The notes beneath the pieces were generated by a model that saw nothing but the letters and a program-made list of their open reading frames with translations, had not been told where the DNA came from and made no database searches. This document shows, piece by piece, positions 55,206 through 64,000 of a stretch of 64,000 nt of DNA; the stretch's first letter is position 1, and every line of letters starts with the position of its first letter. The stretch is from Leptonemataceae bacterium. GTDB lineage: Bacteria; Spirochaetota; Leptospiria; Leptospirales; Leptonemataceae. The DNA lies in assembly GCA_965227295.1 (NCBI GenBank), contig OZ245742.1, positions 1,312,001 through 1,376,000 of the forward strand, in the 5' to 3' direction. Position numbers and translations under genes: made by a program.

Positions 55206-56231
55206 TCATCCATCCCAACCACCGGCTTTCATATCCAACACCACCCGATACCGCGCCTTGCCCTCTTCGAGATGCGCCACCGCCTCGTTGATCTTGTTCA
55301 CCGGAAACGTCTCCGTCACCGGCGCAATGCCGTGACGCGCGCAGAAGTCCAGCATGCGTTCGGCCGTGGCGGGACTGCCCAGCGGCGACGACGACACCGA
55401 CTTCTGGCCGCCCATCAACGAAAACACCGGCACCTGCATGGGCTCGAGCACCGCGCCCACCAGATGCAAGCGGCCCTTCGGCGCGAGTGTTCCGAGATAG
55501 CCGTTCCAATCCAGCGTAACGTTCACCGTGCAGAGCAAAAGATCGAACGTGCCGGCGAGTTTTTTTAGAACTTTCGGATCGCGCGAGTCGGCAATGGCAT
55601 GGGCGCCCATCTGCTTCGCCTCGGCGGCCTTCGCATCCGTCGACGTGAACGCGGTAACGTGACATCCCCATTTATTAAGAAACTGCAGCGCCAGGTGGCC
55701 CAGCCCGCCGATGCCGATGACTCCGACGCGATCGGTGGGCTTGACATCGAACTGTACGATGGGATTGAACACTGTGAGTCCGCCGCAGAAGAGCGGGCCG
55801 GCCTTCGCGGGATCGACGCCCTCCGGAATGGGCACGGCCCATTCTTCGTTGCAACGCACGGTGTCCGCGAAAGCGCCGTGGCGGCCGACGATGGTCTGCG
55901 CCGGATCGTTGAGGCACAGGTTGTGATCCCCGCTCATGCACGAACTGCACTGCAGGCATGAGTGCGAAAACCAGCCGAGGCCCACCGTGTCGCCGACCTT
56001 CACGCGACTGACGCCGTCGCCCACGGCCTTGACCTTGCCGATGGCCTCATGGCCGGGAACGAACGGGTAGCGGGTGAAGCCCCAATCGTTTTTCCATACG
56101 CTCAAGTCCGAGTGGCACAGTCCGCAGTAGTGCACGTCGATGTCGACCTCGCCGGCCTTAAGCGGACCGGGATCGTACTCGAACGGCTCGAACTTGCCGC
56201 CGGCGGTTTTTGCTGCGTATGCCTGGACCAT
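55206..56231 (-). CDS. Zn-dependent NADPH aldehyde reductase (Ahr/YjgB-like, CAD family)
   Basis: CGLCHSD, PGHE, structural Zn C..C..C.......C, GIGGLGH, GKARYRVVL. Confidence 0.93.
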   Translation of the reverse strand: MVQAYAAKTAGGKFEPFEYDPGPLKAGEVDIDVHYCGLCHSDLSVWKNDWGFTRYPFVPGHEAIGKVKAVGDGVSRVKVGDTVGLGWFSHSCLQCSSCMSGDHNLCLNDPAQTIVGRHGAFADTVRCNEEWAVPIPEGVDPAKAGPLFCGGLTVFNPIVQFDVKPTDRVGVIGIGGLGHLALQFLNKWGCHVTAFTSTDAKAAEAKQMGAHAIADSRDPKVLKKLAGTFDLLLCTVNVTLDWNGYLGTLAPKGRLHLVGAVLEPMQVPVFSLMGGQKSVSSSPLGSPATAERMLDFCARHGIAPVTETFPVNKINEAVAHLEEGKARYRVVLDMKAGGWDG

Positions 56232-56307
56232 GGTGTCAAAGAAAAGACGTGAACCATGAAACGTCAACAAGAACGGACCAAATACTAAGTTAAAATCAAG
56301 ATCAGTT

Positions 56308-56432
56308 TGGGCGTCTGCCCGGCGGCGTCGGGAGCCGCCGGGCACCGCGCTACTCCGGGCTCCGGCTTCGCCTTCGGTCTCGCGCAGGCGCGAGACTGGC
56401 GCTGCGCGCCACCCTCCGTATCGCTGACGCGA
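56308..56432. repeat. Multi-hairpin REP/MITE-like intergenic element
   Basis: Stems TGCCCGGCGGC/GCCGCCGGGCA (56316-56344) and GTCTCGCGC/GCGCGAGAC (56377-56396) plus smaller ones; single copy in this window. Confidence 0.55.
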
Positions 56433-56437
56433 AGAAT

Positions 56438-56905
56438 CTATCTTTCGTGTGGTTCCACTAAATCTTCGACGGGCCGGCCTTTCTTGCGCAGCGCCACGAC
56501 ACAGATACCGTCGCCCGAATTACTTTGCGATTCCAGTACGCGAAACGTGCCGCCGATGTGATCGGCCATCGTGCGATCGTACTCCATCATGCGGTGGCAG
56601 GCGTGCACGTCGCCGGTGCCGCGTAACGGGCACTGTGCATGGATTTCAAGGATCGCCGTCTCGTTGTCACTCTCGCGCAGGCGATAAAGCTTTTTTGTAG
56701 GAAACATGCGCTGGAATTCGGCGGCCACCGCATCGATGGGCTGGTCATCGGTGATGCGCTGCGCCTGTTGTGCGCGCATGGTCTTGCGCGCGTAAAATCG
56801 CATGAACAACTTCGCGAAGTATTTGCCGATGGGATGGCGCGAGACGTTCGCCGCTTTCTGTAGTCCGGCTGCAAACGCCCGGAGATGCGATGTCTTTTTT
56901 TTCAT
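56438..56905 (-). CDS. Hypothetical protein (V4R/ATC-hydrolase-like Cys motif)
   Basis: CPL......AC...M.YD and C-terminal Cys pattern. Confidence 0.65.
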   Translation of the reverse strand: MKKKTSHLRAFAAGLQKAANVSRHPIGKYFAKLFMRFYARKTMRAQQAQRITDDQPIDAVAAEFQRMFPTKKLYRLRESDNETAILEIHAQCPLRGTGDVHACHRMMEYDRTMADHIGGTFRVLESQSNSGDGICVVALRKKGRPVEDLVEPHER

Positions 56906-56953
56906 AATAAACCGTCCCCCCGGATGGATCGCAGGTCGCGCTTCGGATAAAGG

Positions 56954-57001
56954 TGAGCAGTTCTCATGTTTTTAATATGTGAGAAACCCTCATTTTTGAC
57001 A
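56954..57001. promoter_or_regulatory. Two palindromic TetR operator candidates plus -35 box
   Basis: TGAG-N5-CTCA at 56954-56966 and 56980-56992; TTGACA at 56996-57001. Confidence 0.6.
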
Positions 57002-57040
57002 AGACAAATATCGCCCGGGCGGAGAAATTGTTTCTCGTCC

Positions 57041-57688
57041 ATGGTCCGCAAGAACGACACGGAACCCCGCCGGCGGCCGCTTCAGGAGCGCAGCCGCAAG
57101 CGCATCGCGACGATCCTCGACGCCGCGGCGGAGTTGGTCCGCGAAAAGGGCGCCGACGGTCTGGTGATTTCGGAGGTGGCGGAGCGAGCGGAGGTGCCCA
57201 TCGGTTCGGTGTACCAGTACTTTCCCGGCAAGGCGGCCATCGTCCGCGCGCTGGCGGAGAGTCATCTTGAACAACTGCGCGCACTGCTCGTGCGGGACAT
57301 CGGTTCGTTCGTTGCGAGCAAGCCCACGAAGCGCCGCCTGGGCGAGGCCGTGGATCTGCTCGTCGACGGGTACTACGAATTTTATGCCAACGAACCGACG
57401 TTTCGTGCCATCTGGGGCGGCGTGCAGGCCGATCCGGTGCTGCGTGAGCTCGACGTCAAAGATACGCAACAGAACGCCCGCATCATCCAGCGCGCGCTGA
57501 AGCCCTATTTCGCTAACACTCCCTCCGAGGAACTTTACGGCTCGTGCCTGCTGATCTGCGACTGCACGGCGAGCGCCCTGCGTCTGGCACTGGAACCCGG
57601 TACGAGTACCGCTGCGGCCCGGTCCATCGTCAAAGAGCTGAAGGCCATGCTCACCATGCATCTGCGCAGCAAGTTTTCGTTGCGCTGA
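57041..57688 (+). CDS. TetR/AcrR-family transcriptional regulator
   Basis: P.QERS...ILDAAAEL...VAERAEVPIGSVYQYFPGK HTH. Confidence 0.95.
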   Translation: MVRKNDTEPRRRPLQERSRKRIATILDAAAELVREKGADGLVISEVAERAEVPIGSVYQYFPGKAAIVRALAESHLEQLRALLVRDIGSFVASKPTKRRLGEAVDLLVDGYYEFYANEPTFRAIWGGVQADPVLRELDVKDTQQNARIIQRALKPYFANTPSEELYGSCLLICDCTASALRLALEPGTSTAAARSIVKELKAMLTMHLRSKFSLR

Positions 57689-57708
57689 TGCCGGTGTTTG
57701 TGTGATGC

Positions 57709-58302
57709 TTGCGCATGGGGATTCGACTCACCGGCGCAAGCGCGCTGAAACCCGCCGGCTTTGTATTCGCGCCCGTCGGTTTACTGGTCGCGTTCAACGG
57801 CTTTGCCTCCGGTCTGTACTGGCTCGTCTTCTTCGGTGTGATGATGTCGGTGCTCGGCGTGTGGATGATCATTCTCGCGTATCGACCCGGGAAGACGCAG
57901 GCGGATTTTTTCGGAGTATGGATGCCGGGCTTTCTGTTTTTCATTGTCGGCACCACGTTCCTCTGGGCCGGGCTGGCCGACATGGGCGGCCATGCAGAAC
58001 AGGGCCGCGTTGTAATTCTCGGCAGCATCGCGTCGGCCATTGGCTTTTTCGTGCTCACATCGGCGGCGTACCTGCGCATTCGCTATCGACACGATCCGGA
58101 ACGCGGGGAACTCAAACTCGGCCGCATCCTCGCTGTGATGGGCCTGGGTATCGCCGGCCTGGTGCTGCTGTTCGTCTACGTGCTGGGCTTCGCGTTGATG
58201 ATCATGCGTCCGGAGGATCCGGTGCCGGGCCTCGCCCTGGTGGCCGTTCCCACGGTATTCTTGCTCATATTCGGAACGATCTACTATTTCGTTCGTCGCT
58301 GA
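57709..58302 (+). CDS. Hypothetical membrane protein (about 6 TM)
   Basis: Hydrophobic segment pattern. Confidence 0.7.
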   Translation: MRMGIRLTGASALKPAGFVFAPVGLLVAFNGFASGLYWLVFFGVMMSVLGVWMIILAYRPGKTQADFFGVWMPGFLFFIVGTTFLWAGLADMGGHAEQGRVVILGSIASAIGFFVLTSAAYLRIRYRHDPERGELKLGRILAVMGLGIAGLVLLFVYVLGFALMIMRPEDPVPGLALVAVPTVFLLIFGTIYYFVRR

Positions 58303-58355
58303 GCGACGAGAAATTATTCTCGAAAGCTGACGCGTCTGAGTTCATATGGGTCCCG

Positions 58356-58880
58356 ATGGGCGACATCATGAAGACCGAGCGTCTGCTGATCCGCGAGTTC
58401 GAGCCCGCGGACCTCGATGCGTTGTTCGCGATTCTTTCGGATCCCGAGACCATGCGCCATTATCCGGCACCGAAAAGCCGCGAGGAATGCGAGCAGTGGA
58501 TCCGGACGAACTGCGAACGTTATGCCGTCGACGGTCACGGTCTGTGGGCGGTTGCGGACCTGCAGTCCGGTGAGTTCCTGGGCGATGTCGGCATTGTCCA
58601 GCAGATGGTCCCGTCGGAATCCGGTGAGCCGGTGCCGGAGTACGAAATCGGCTATCACATCCGTCGAGATCATTGGGGCCGGGGCCTGGCCACGGAAGCC
58701 GCGGACGCCTGCCGGCGTTTCGGCTTCGGTTCGTTGGACTGCACGCGGCTCATCTCACTGGTGCGTCCGGAGAATACAGCCTCGGCCCGCGTGGCGGAGA
58801 AGCTCGGTATGGCTCCGGAACGCCGGGTCACGATGTGGGGCCTGGAACATGTGCTGTACGCGTTAGCGCGCGATGATTAA
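58356..58880 (+). CDS. GNAT N-acetyltransferase (RimJ/RimL type)
   Basis: TERLLIR, EIGY....HWGRGLATEAA, N.AS.RVAEKLGM; the N-terminal 218 aa of the track ORF are not considered real. Confidence 0.92.
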   Translation: MGDIMKTERLLIREFEPADLDALFAILSDPETMRHYPAPKSREECEQWIRTNCERYAVDGHGLWAVADLQSGEFLGDVGIVQQMVPSESGEPVPEYEIGYHIRRDHWGRGLATEAADACRRFGFGSLDCTRLISLVRPENTASARVAEKLGMAPERRVTMWGLEHVLYALARDD

Positions 58881-58897
58881 CGTAAGATCATATGAAG

Positions 58898-59611
58898 CTA
58901 ACGTGACGTCCGCGCAACATACAGGCACGTACCGGCTGAATTTACCGCCAGCCCGTACGGATTCGGTGAACCCACGTTTACCGAATTCGCGAACGTCAAT
59001 TCGCCCGTGTCCGTGTTGATCGTATACGAGAACACAGTACCGGCCCCGTTGTTCGCGGCGAAGGCCAACGAAGAACTCACGGCCAGGCCGATGGGATGCA
59101 ACGCGACGTACCAGGGTTGGTTCTGAGAAGCGATCGTGGTCGAAAGGGACAGTGCGCCGGTACTTGTGTTAACGTTGTAAATGTATACCGAATCGTTGCC
59201 GGCATCACCGAAGCCGTTGAAATGCGATGCGTAGAGATATTCACCGCTTGCGCCCAGCGTCGCGTACCACATGTAGTTGCCCGCGGCGATGAAGTCGTTC
59301 GGACTGAGTCCGCTCAGCAAACCGCTGTTCGCATCGCGGGAGAACATGCCGACGGAACCCGAGGCGTTACCGTCGGCCACGTAGAGAAAACCGTTCGGAT
59401 GCACGGTCATACCGTACGGGACCGTGGCCGCCGGCCCGTTGACCGTGGCTGACGTCAGCGCCGTAAGACTCGCCGCGGTATAGTCGATGTTGTACGGAAT
59501 GATGTTAGAGTCACCCGCGTTGGCGACGTAGACGTGGTTGCCGTCCGGCGCTATGATGAGATCGTAGGGATTGTTGCCCGCCGCGGCACTGGAAGTCTGT
59601 TCCAGCAGGCT
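58898..59611 (-). pseudogene. Truncated lactonase-type (6-phosphogluconolactonase/YVTN-like) beta-propeller fragment
   Basis: Blade repeats (PYDLIIAPDGNHVYVAN, VHPNGFLYVAD, PYGLAVNSAGTCLYVA) extend upstream of the track ATG to a TAA at 59612-59614 with no start codon or signal; the last blade ends abruptly. Confidence 0.6.
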
Positions 59612-59674
59612 TTACTTAATTACGACATACGCGCAGCCTTATTCTTGCGTACTTTTTCGTTTTCAGGAGCCTGC

Positions 59675-60319
59675 ATGAGCAAGCGTTATCTTTGCATTGG
59701 TGACATTCACGCCTGTCCCGAGCCCCTCTACGAACTTCTGGAAGTCGTGGAAGCGGCCGGCATGGGCGAATACCAACTGGTCTTTCTCGGCGATTACGTG
59801 GACCGCGGTCCGGACGCGAACGCCGTCATCGATTGCATGCGTGCCCGGGAAGCGATCTACCTCATGGGCAATCACGAGGAGATGTTGTTTATGTCCCTGG
59901 AGGCCCTGGACGAGATGAGCGATGCGCACGGACCGGAGCGCCGCCGGGATTTTCTGGCGGCGAAGCGGATCAGCGAAGAGAACTGCGCCTGGTTGCGCGA
60001 GAACGTGCACTTAAGTTATGAAGACGAGAACTTTGTGTTTTCCCACGCCGGCCTGAATCCGCACAAGTCCCTGCACGAGCAGGCCGGCGAAGACTTTCTG
60101 TGGTCCTGGCATACCGGCGATTACTTCGATGTGACTCAGAAGACCGTGGTCCACGGCCACATATCCGTCCCGGAAGTAAACATCCAGGGAAATAACATTA
60201 ACGTGGACACCGGCTGCGGTAAGGGCGGTCTGCTCTCCGCCATCCTCGTGCCGGACATGACCGTCTTTCAGAGCACGACGACCGGTGTGCGCGTAGATTT
60301 CCGTTCGTCCCGGGGCTGA
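59675..60319 (+). CDS. Metallophosphoesterase (PPP-family Ser/Thr phosphatase-like)
   Basis: GDIHA, LGDYVDRG, GNHE, HAG, VHGH, VDTG. Confidence 0.92.
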   Translation: MSKRYLCIGDIHACPEPLYELLEVVEAAGMGEYQLVFLGDYVDRGPDANAVIDCMRAREAIYLMGNHEEMLFMSLEALDEMSDAHGPERRRDFLAAKRISEENCAWLRENVHLSYEDENFVFSHAGLNPHKSLHEQAGEDFLWSWHTGDYFDVTQKTVVHGHISVPEVNIQGNNINVDTGCGKGGLLSAILVPDMTVFQSTTTGVRVDFRSSRG

Positions 60320-60348
60320 TGATCGCCGTCGCGTGGCGACACGAATCC

Positions 60349-60876
60349 TCATGCCTTGCGCTGAGATTCGCGTTTTCGGCGGCGCTTGTGTTTCAGGAAG
60401 TCCCGCGCCAGGGCGAAGACGATGCCGCCGATTACTCCCACTACCGCCGCGAAGAGCGCGGTTTCTTTCGGGCCGAGGACCGCCCGGGCCGTACCGCTGA
60501 ATTTTTTCGCGAAGACGAGTAGATTCAGCCCGCTCTCACTGCGCACTTCGTTCGCCATGATCACGCCGCTTGCGCTTTTATCGAGGTTGATGCTTTCCGT
60601 CGATGCCACGACGCCGGCCGTGCTCTGCTCCAGGCGTGCGCTGCCCCGGGCCAGAAGTATACCGCTTTGCGAACCGGCCAGGCGTGCGTCGTTCGTGCGC
60701 GCATAAATGACGGCGCCCTGGAAGAGTTCCAGTTGCTTCGCGTCCACCGTGATGCTGCCGCCCTGGCGAATGGAAACCTGATCGCCGCTCGCGCGCACCA
60801 CGCCGCCCTGTTCCACATTCACGTACGAGTCGCGCGCGGGTTCCGCCAGTCCGTCGTCGGTTGGATCTCCTACCAT
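60349..60876 (-). CDS. Hypothetical protein, short beta-repeat region with C-terminal TM anchor
   Basis: ~15-aa repeats (V.I.QGG/QS.AG.V.A) followed by a TM segment and basic tail. Confidence 0.65.
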   Translation of the reverse strand: MVGDPTDDGLAEPARDSYVNVEQGGVVRASGDQVSIRQGGSITVDAKQLELFQGAVIYARTNDARLAGSQSGILLARGSARLEQSTAGVVASTESINLDKSASGVIMANEVRSESGLNLLVFAKKFSGTARAVLGPKETALFAAVVGVIGGIVFALARDFLKHKRRRKRESQRKA

Positions 60877-60937
60877 TTGTGAATGTTAGCACGGCCCGCG
60901 GCAAATTGTCATCGAAAAAAGAATCGGTGCGTCAGTT

Positions 60938-61720
60938 ATGGTGTCTATGATTCGCGAAGACTTCGATCCGTCCACCGGCGTGCTGGAAATCACGCTGGAT
61001 ATGAACACGATGAACACGTTCAGCCTGGATGCCTACCGCGCGTTCTCCGAATGCCTCGATGCCTGGGCACAGAACGATGGGTTGCGTGTCATGATTCTGG
61101 CCAGCGCGTCGGAAAGCTTTTTCTCGAACGGCCTCGACCCCGCGATGTTTGTCGATCAGCCGGAGCCCCACGTACGCGCTTTCGTCGAGGCCGCCGTGGG
61201 TACGAACGCGCGTTTGTTCGAGTTCCCTGTGCCGATTCTCGCGGCGATCAACGGTCATTGCATGGCCGCGGGCGCGGTTTCGGCGATGTGTTGCGACTGG
61301 CGCTTCATGGCGGAGCGGGGTGGGCGCATCGGTTTTCCGGAGGCAAACATCGCGTTGAACTTTCCGGTATTTGCCACGGCGCGCTTGCGTGAATTGGTCG
61401 GGGAGCGCATGTGCCGCGATCTTTTGTTTACCGGCAAGTTGCTGAAACCCGAAGAAGCTCTGCAATGCGGTTTGATTGATGAGGTGATTCCCGCGGACAG
61501 CCTGCGCGCCGAAGTGCGCAAGCGCGCGTTGAAACTGGCGAAGCTGCGGCCGAATTCACTACGTGGATTCAAGATCGCCCTGCGCAAAGAGGACTATCAA
61601 TTCGGCCGGGACGTCGCGCAATTCGACATCGATGAACTGGTGCGCGTATCGATGACCCCGGACGGCCAGGCGGGATTACGGTCGTTGATCGAAGGCGGGC
61701 GGCCGCGTTTCGATCAGTGA
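60938..61720 (+). CDS. Enoyl-CoA hydratase/isomerase family protein
   Basis: FFSNGLD, PILAAINGHCMAAG, IGFPE, EEALQCGLID. Confidence 0.92.
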   Translation: MVSMIREDFDPSTGVLEITLDMNTMNTFSLDAYRAFSECLDAWAQNDGLRVMILASASESFFSNGLDPAMFVDQPEPHVRAFVEAAVGTNARLFEFPVPILAAINGHCMAAGAVSAMCCDWRFMAERGGRIGFPEANIALNFPVFATARLRELVGERMCRDLLFTGKLLKPEEALQCGLIDEVIPADSLRAEVRKRALKLAKLRPNSLRGFKIALRKEDYQFGRDVAQFDIDELVRVSMTPDGQAGLRSLIEGGRPRFDQ

Positions 61721-61775
61721 CGGGCTGTGGGTCTCTTTGCCACAGAGGCACGGAGGACACAGAGCGCACTACAAT

Positions 61776-62903
61776 TCACAGCGCGCCGATTCGATTTACG
61801 AGGTCTTCGCAGAACTTCTGCTGTTCCGCGTCGGACCAGAAGTTCCGGTAGCGATCCTGGCCGGCGCGGGCCAGATGGACGCGCAGTTCGTCGTCGTTCA
61901 TTAACGTTTCGTACGATGAAACTAAGTCCGAAAGATCCCACCGCAGCGGCCAGTAGGTTTCGTGCGCCGTGTACATGTCCGGCACGGTTTCCAGGTGCGA
62001 CATGTCCGGCATGAGCAACGCGGCGCCGGCCGACCAGGTTTCGTAGTCGCGATAGCAGACTTCCCCCCAGCCGTACAAACTTAACACAATCTTCGCTCTA
62101 CCGAGCAGCTCCGTAAACTTGTGGCGCGGAACACGTTGTTTTTGCGCGAAGATCGCCGCGGCCGCCGGCGCGTCGCTCCGGCGATACTCTTCGAGAATGG
62201 CCAGAGCGCGGCGGCGCTGGTAGGCCACCGTATCGCGCTCGTACTGCGCGCGAAAGAGTGCGATCAGCCCGTGCTCGCGGTACCGGCCGGGATCGATCCA
62301 GGGAATGCGCGGATGGCGGCGCAGACCGGCGCGGTCGAGAGCAATGTCGAGCAGCCGTCGCGGAAGCGGCCGCGCGTGAAAATCCGTTACGCCCAGGTTC
62401 CAGGACAGGCCGAGCTTGTGTTCGTGTTCTTTCGTAAGCAACGCCACGTCTTCGTTGTAGCTGTCGCTTATGCCGTTTTCGCGATGATAGTAATCCGTGT
62501 AGAGACGATTGCCGTATAGATGCCGGTAGTAGTGCGAGCGGTCCTTGTAGATCTGTTTCTTCCAGTAGGCGTCGACGTAAGGCAACACCTCGAACTGCGA
62601 GTTGCCCGCGCTGTCGCGCATATCGAACCACACGATCTTTGCGTTTGTATGGTGCAGATGTTCCAGCGTTCGCAACACTCTGCGTCTTTCATCGGCGTCG
62701 TTGCCTTTGACGTAGAATGCGCGGGAGGAGAGAAACATCAGATCGCACTCGCCGGCGAGCTTTGTTAAATCTTGTTGAACCGAGTCAAAGTGAATTACGA
62801 CGCCGAGTCCGTGCAGGCGCCGCCGATTCAGATACAGCGGCATCCAGTATTCGCCGGCGAGCGGTACGCGTCCGTGATGGTCCACGATGATGATGCGCAT
62901 CAT
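61776..62903 (-). CDS. Glycosyltransferase (GT-B-like), polysaccharide locus
   Basis: KIVLSLYGWGEVCYRDYE...GAALLMPDMSHLET motif. Confidence 0.75.
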   Translation of the reverse strand: MMRIIIVDHHGRVPLAGEYWMPLYLNRRRLHGLGVVIHFDSVQQDLTKLAGECDLMFLSSRAFYVKGNDADERRRVLRTLEHLHHTNAKIVWFDMRDSAGNSQFEVLPYVDAYWKKQIYKDRSHYYRHLYGNRLYTDYYHRENGISDSYNEDVALLTKEHEHKLGLSWNLGVTDFHARPLPRRLLDIALDRAGLRRHPRIPWIDPGRYREHGLIALFRAQYERDTVAYQRRRALAILEEYRRSDAPAAAAIFAQKQRVPRHKFTELLGRAKIVLSLYGWGEVCYRDYETWSAGAALLMPDMSHLETVPDMYTAHETYWPLRWDLSDLVSSYETLMNDDELRVHLARAGQDRYRNFWSDAEQQKFCEDLVNRIGAL

Positions 62904-64000
62904 AGTATCTCCGTCGGATCACCGATTTCCAGTACGTAGAGCCGTCGTCGTCCGCTGTGGGCCGAGTCGATGCAAATACGCCGCCCCCGCGGACTCAACC
63001 GCGGATGCAGGTCGCACTTTACGTCGTCCCGAAATCGCCGGGAAGAATCGAAGGTGCCCAGCGTGCGCGCGGTATTGGTGGCGGTATCGTATAATAGAAG
63101 ATTCTGATGACTGGCCAGGTCCGGATAGGTGTCGGTGAGTATGTAACGGGAGCCGGGAAAGTACGTGGGGTGGCCGTCGTGGGGCAGGACGTCCCGGCCG
63201 ACGACGCTGTAATCGCCGCTGCGCAGATTGTAGAGGTGGTAGCGCGGTGTGGAATCGTCGCCGTCGGTGTGTCGGGAGTAACAGAGCAATTCGTCCGCGT
63301 TTTTCCAGGCATAGTGTGCTACGCCGCCGTGCTGGATCGGGATGCGCACATCGCCGCCGTCGAGGTCGCAGACGAAGAGCCGCGTCTTGCGTTTGCTGCC
63401 GCGGACCCAAATGTGAAAGAACAGTAGCGTTTTGCTGTAAGGATTTACGGATATGTGATTAAGATAATGCTCGGCGCCGTCCATGTCCGGCAGCGGTTGA
63501 ATGCCGGTTAGATCGTGTAGACTGAACAGCAGCCTGGTTGCGCCGGTGTCCAGGTCCAGGCGCAGCAGTCCGTCGTCGGCGGGGGCGAGGTAACCTGCGG
63601 ATGTGTCCGGCTGATTGACGTAGCCGTAGCCGGGACGCAGGCGGCCGAGGCGCGCGAAGTTCAGGGTGAATGCGTAGCGCCCCGCGTGGTCCAGGGCATA
63701 GACCGGATGATTGTAACGACACAGTTCCGTTCCATCGCGCACGTCGATCACTCTGGAGACGTAGCGACGATTCTCGGCGTCGTAGTCGTTGAAGATGGCC
63801 TGGTAGTTTCGACCGTATTCCCGGGGAGGGAACCATTGGTAACGGCAACTCTGCTGCCAGCACCAGGCCTTTGTTTCGGCTACGACTTTTAGTTGCGGAT
63901 GATCCTCAGTTAAGGAGACTGTTCCGAGCTGCAGCAGATCTTCCGGCCCTGTGGGGCGATTTTCCGGCGGCGCCGCCGCGGCCAGGAGCAGTGTTTCATC
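62900..64000 (-). CDS. Beta-propeller protein (oligogalacturonate lyase/TolB-like) of polysaccharide loci; 5' end beyond window
   Basis: Frame open to the window end; TKAWCWQQ..YQW, NFARL..LRPGYGY, DGHP, TDTYPD, CDLHPR, CIDS. Confidence 0.8.
   Translation of the reverse strand, partial: DETLLLAAAAPPENRPTGPEDLLQLGTVSLTEDHPQLKVVAETKAWCWQQSCRYQWFPPREYGRNYQAIFNDYDAENRRYVSRVIDVRDGTELCRYNHPVYALDHAGRYAFTLNFARLGRLRPGYGYVNQPDTSAGYLAPADDGLLRLDLDTGATRLLFSLHDLTGIQPLPDMDGAEHYLNHISVNPYSKTLLFFHIWVRGSKRKTRLFVCDLDGGDVRIPIQHGGVAHYAWKNADELLCYSRHTDGDDSTPRYHLYNLRSGDYSVVGRDVLPHDGHPTYFPGSRYILTDTYPDLASHQNLLLYDTATNTARTLGTFDSSRRFRDDVKCDLHPRLSPRGRRICIDSAHSGRRRLYVLEIGDPTEIL

Noticed and set aside
57702-58355. N-terminal extension of the GNAT ORF (392 aa in track)
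   Set aside because: Out-of-frame overlap with the membrane protein gene; Arg-rich composition unlike a real protein.
63781-63860. Suspected frameshift in the terminal beta-propeller gene
   Set aside because: Re-reading the bases shows a continuous frame from 64000 to 62900.
1-64000. tRNA, rRNA, riboswitch, prophage or IS elements
   Set aside because: None recognised by eye; no integrase, transposase or phage structural motifs. Small structured RNAs cannot be excluded without an Infernal/tRNAscan search.

Overview
A GC-rich (roughly 60% by eye) bacterial chromosome segment, most likely from a Leptospirales/Leptospiraceae-like spirochaete. That assignment rests on a LipL46-like lipoprotein, FlgN, many lipoproteins and an Omp85-family protein. 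Housekeeping genes (purD, valS, trxA, tpiA, mnmA, panC, a holB-like gene) are interleaved with small accessory inserts. Highlights: (1) the 3' end of a biosynthetic cluster at the left edge: radical SAM/SPASM tail, ABC exporter, B12-dependent radical SAM with an extra degenerate domain, and an MBL-fold enzyme; (2) a two-gene insert at 42.1-43.5 kb encoding a lipoprotein whose sequence pattern resembles the bacterial gasdermin pore-forming fold, but with an export signal and no adjacent protease; (3) an ECF sigma/FecR/beta-propeller lipoprotein operon with an anomalous sigma-FecR junction; (4) a sigma-54 promoter with an enhancer-like site driving a secreted lipase, followed by an unexplained 328-bp-period direct repeat; (5) two intact type II TA modules with readable promoters and operators, plus a decayed AAA-ATPase/DUF4276 pair; (6) several apparently catalytically degenerate enzymes. 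No rRNA, tRNA, CRISPR array, integrase or transposase was seen. All calls come from motif reading by eye and no searches were run.
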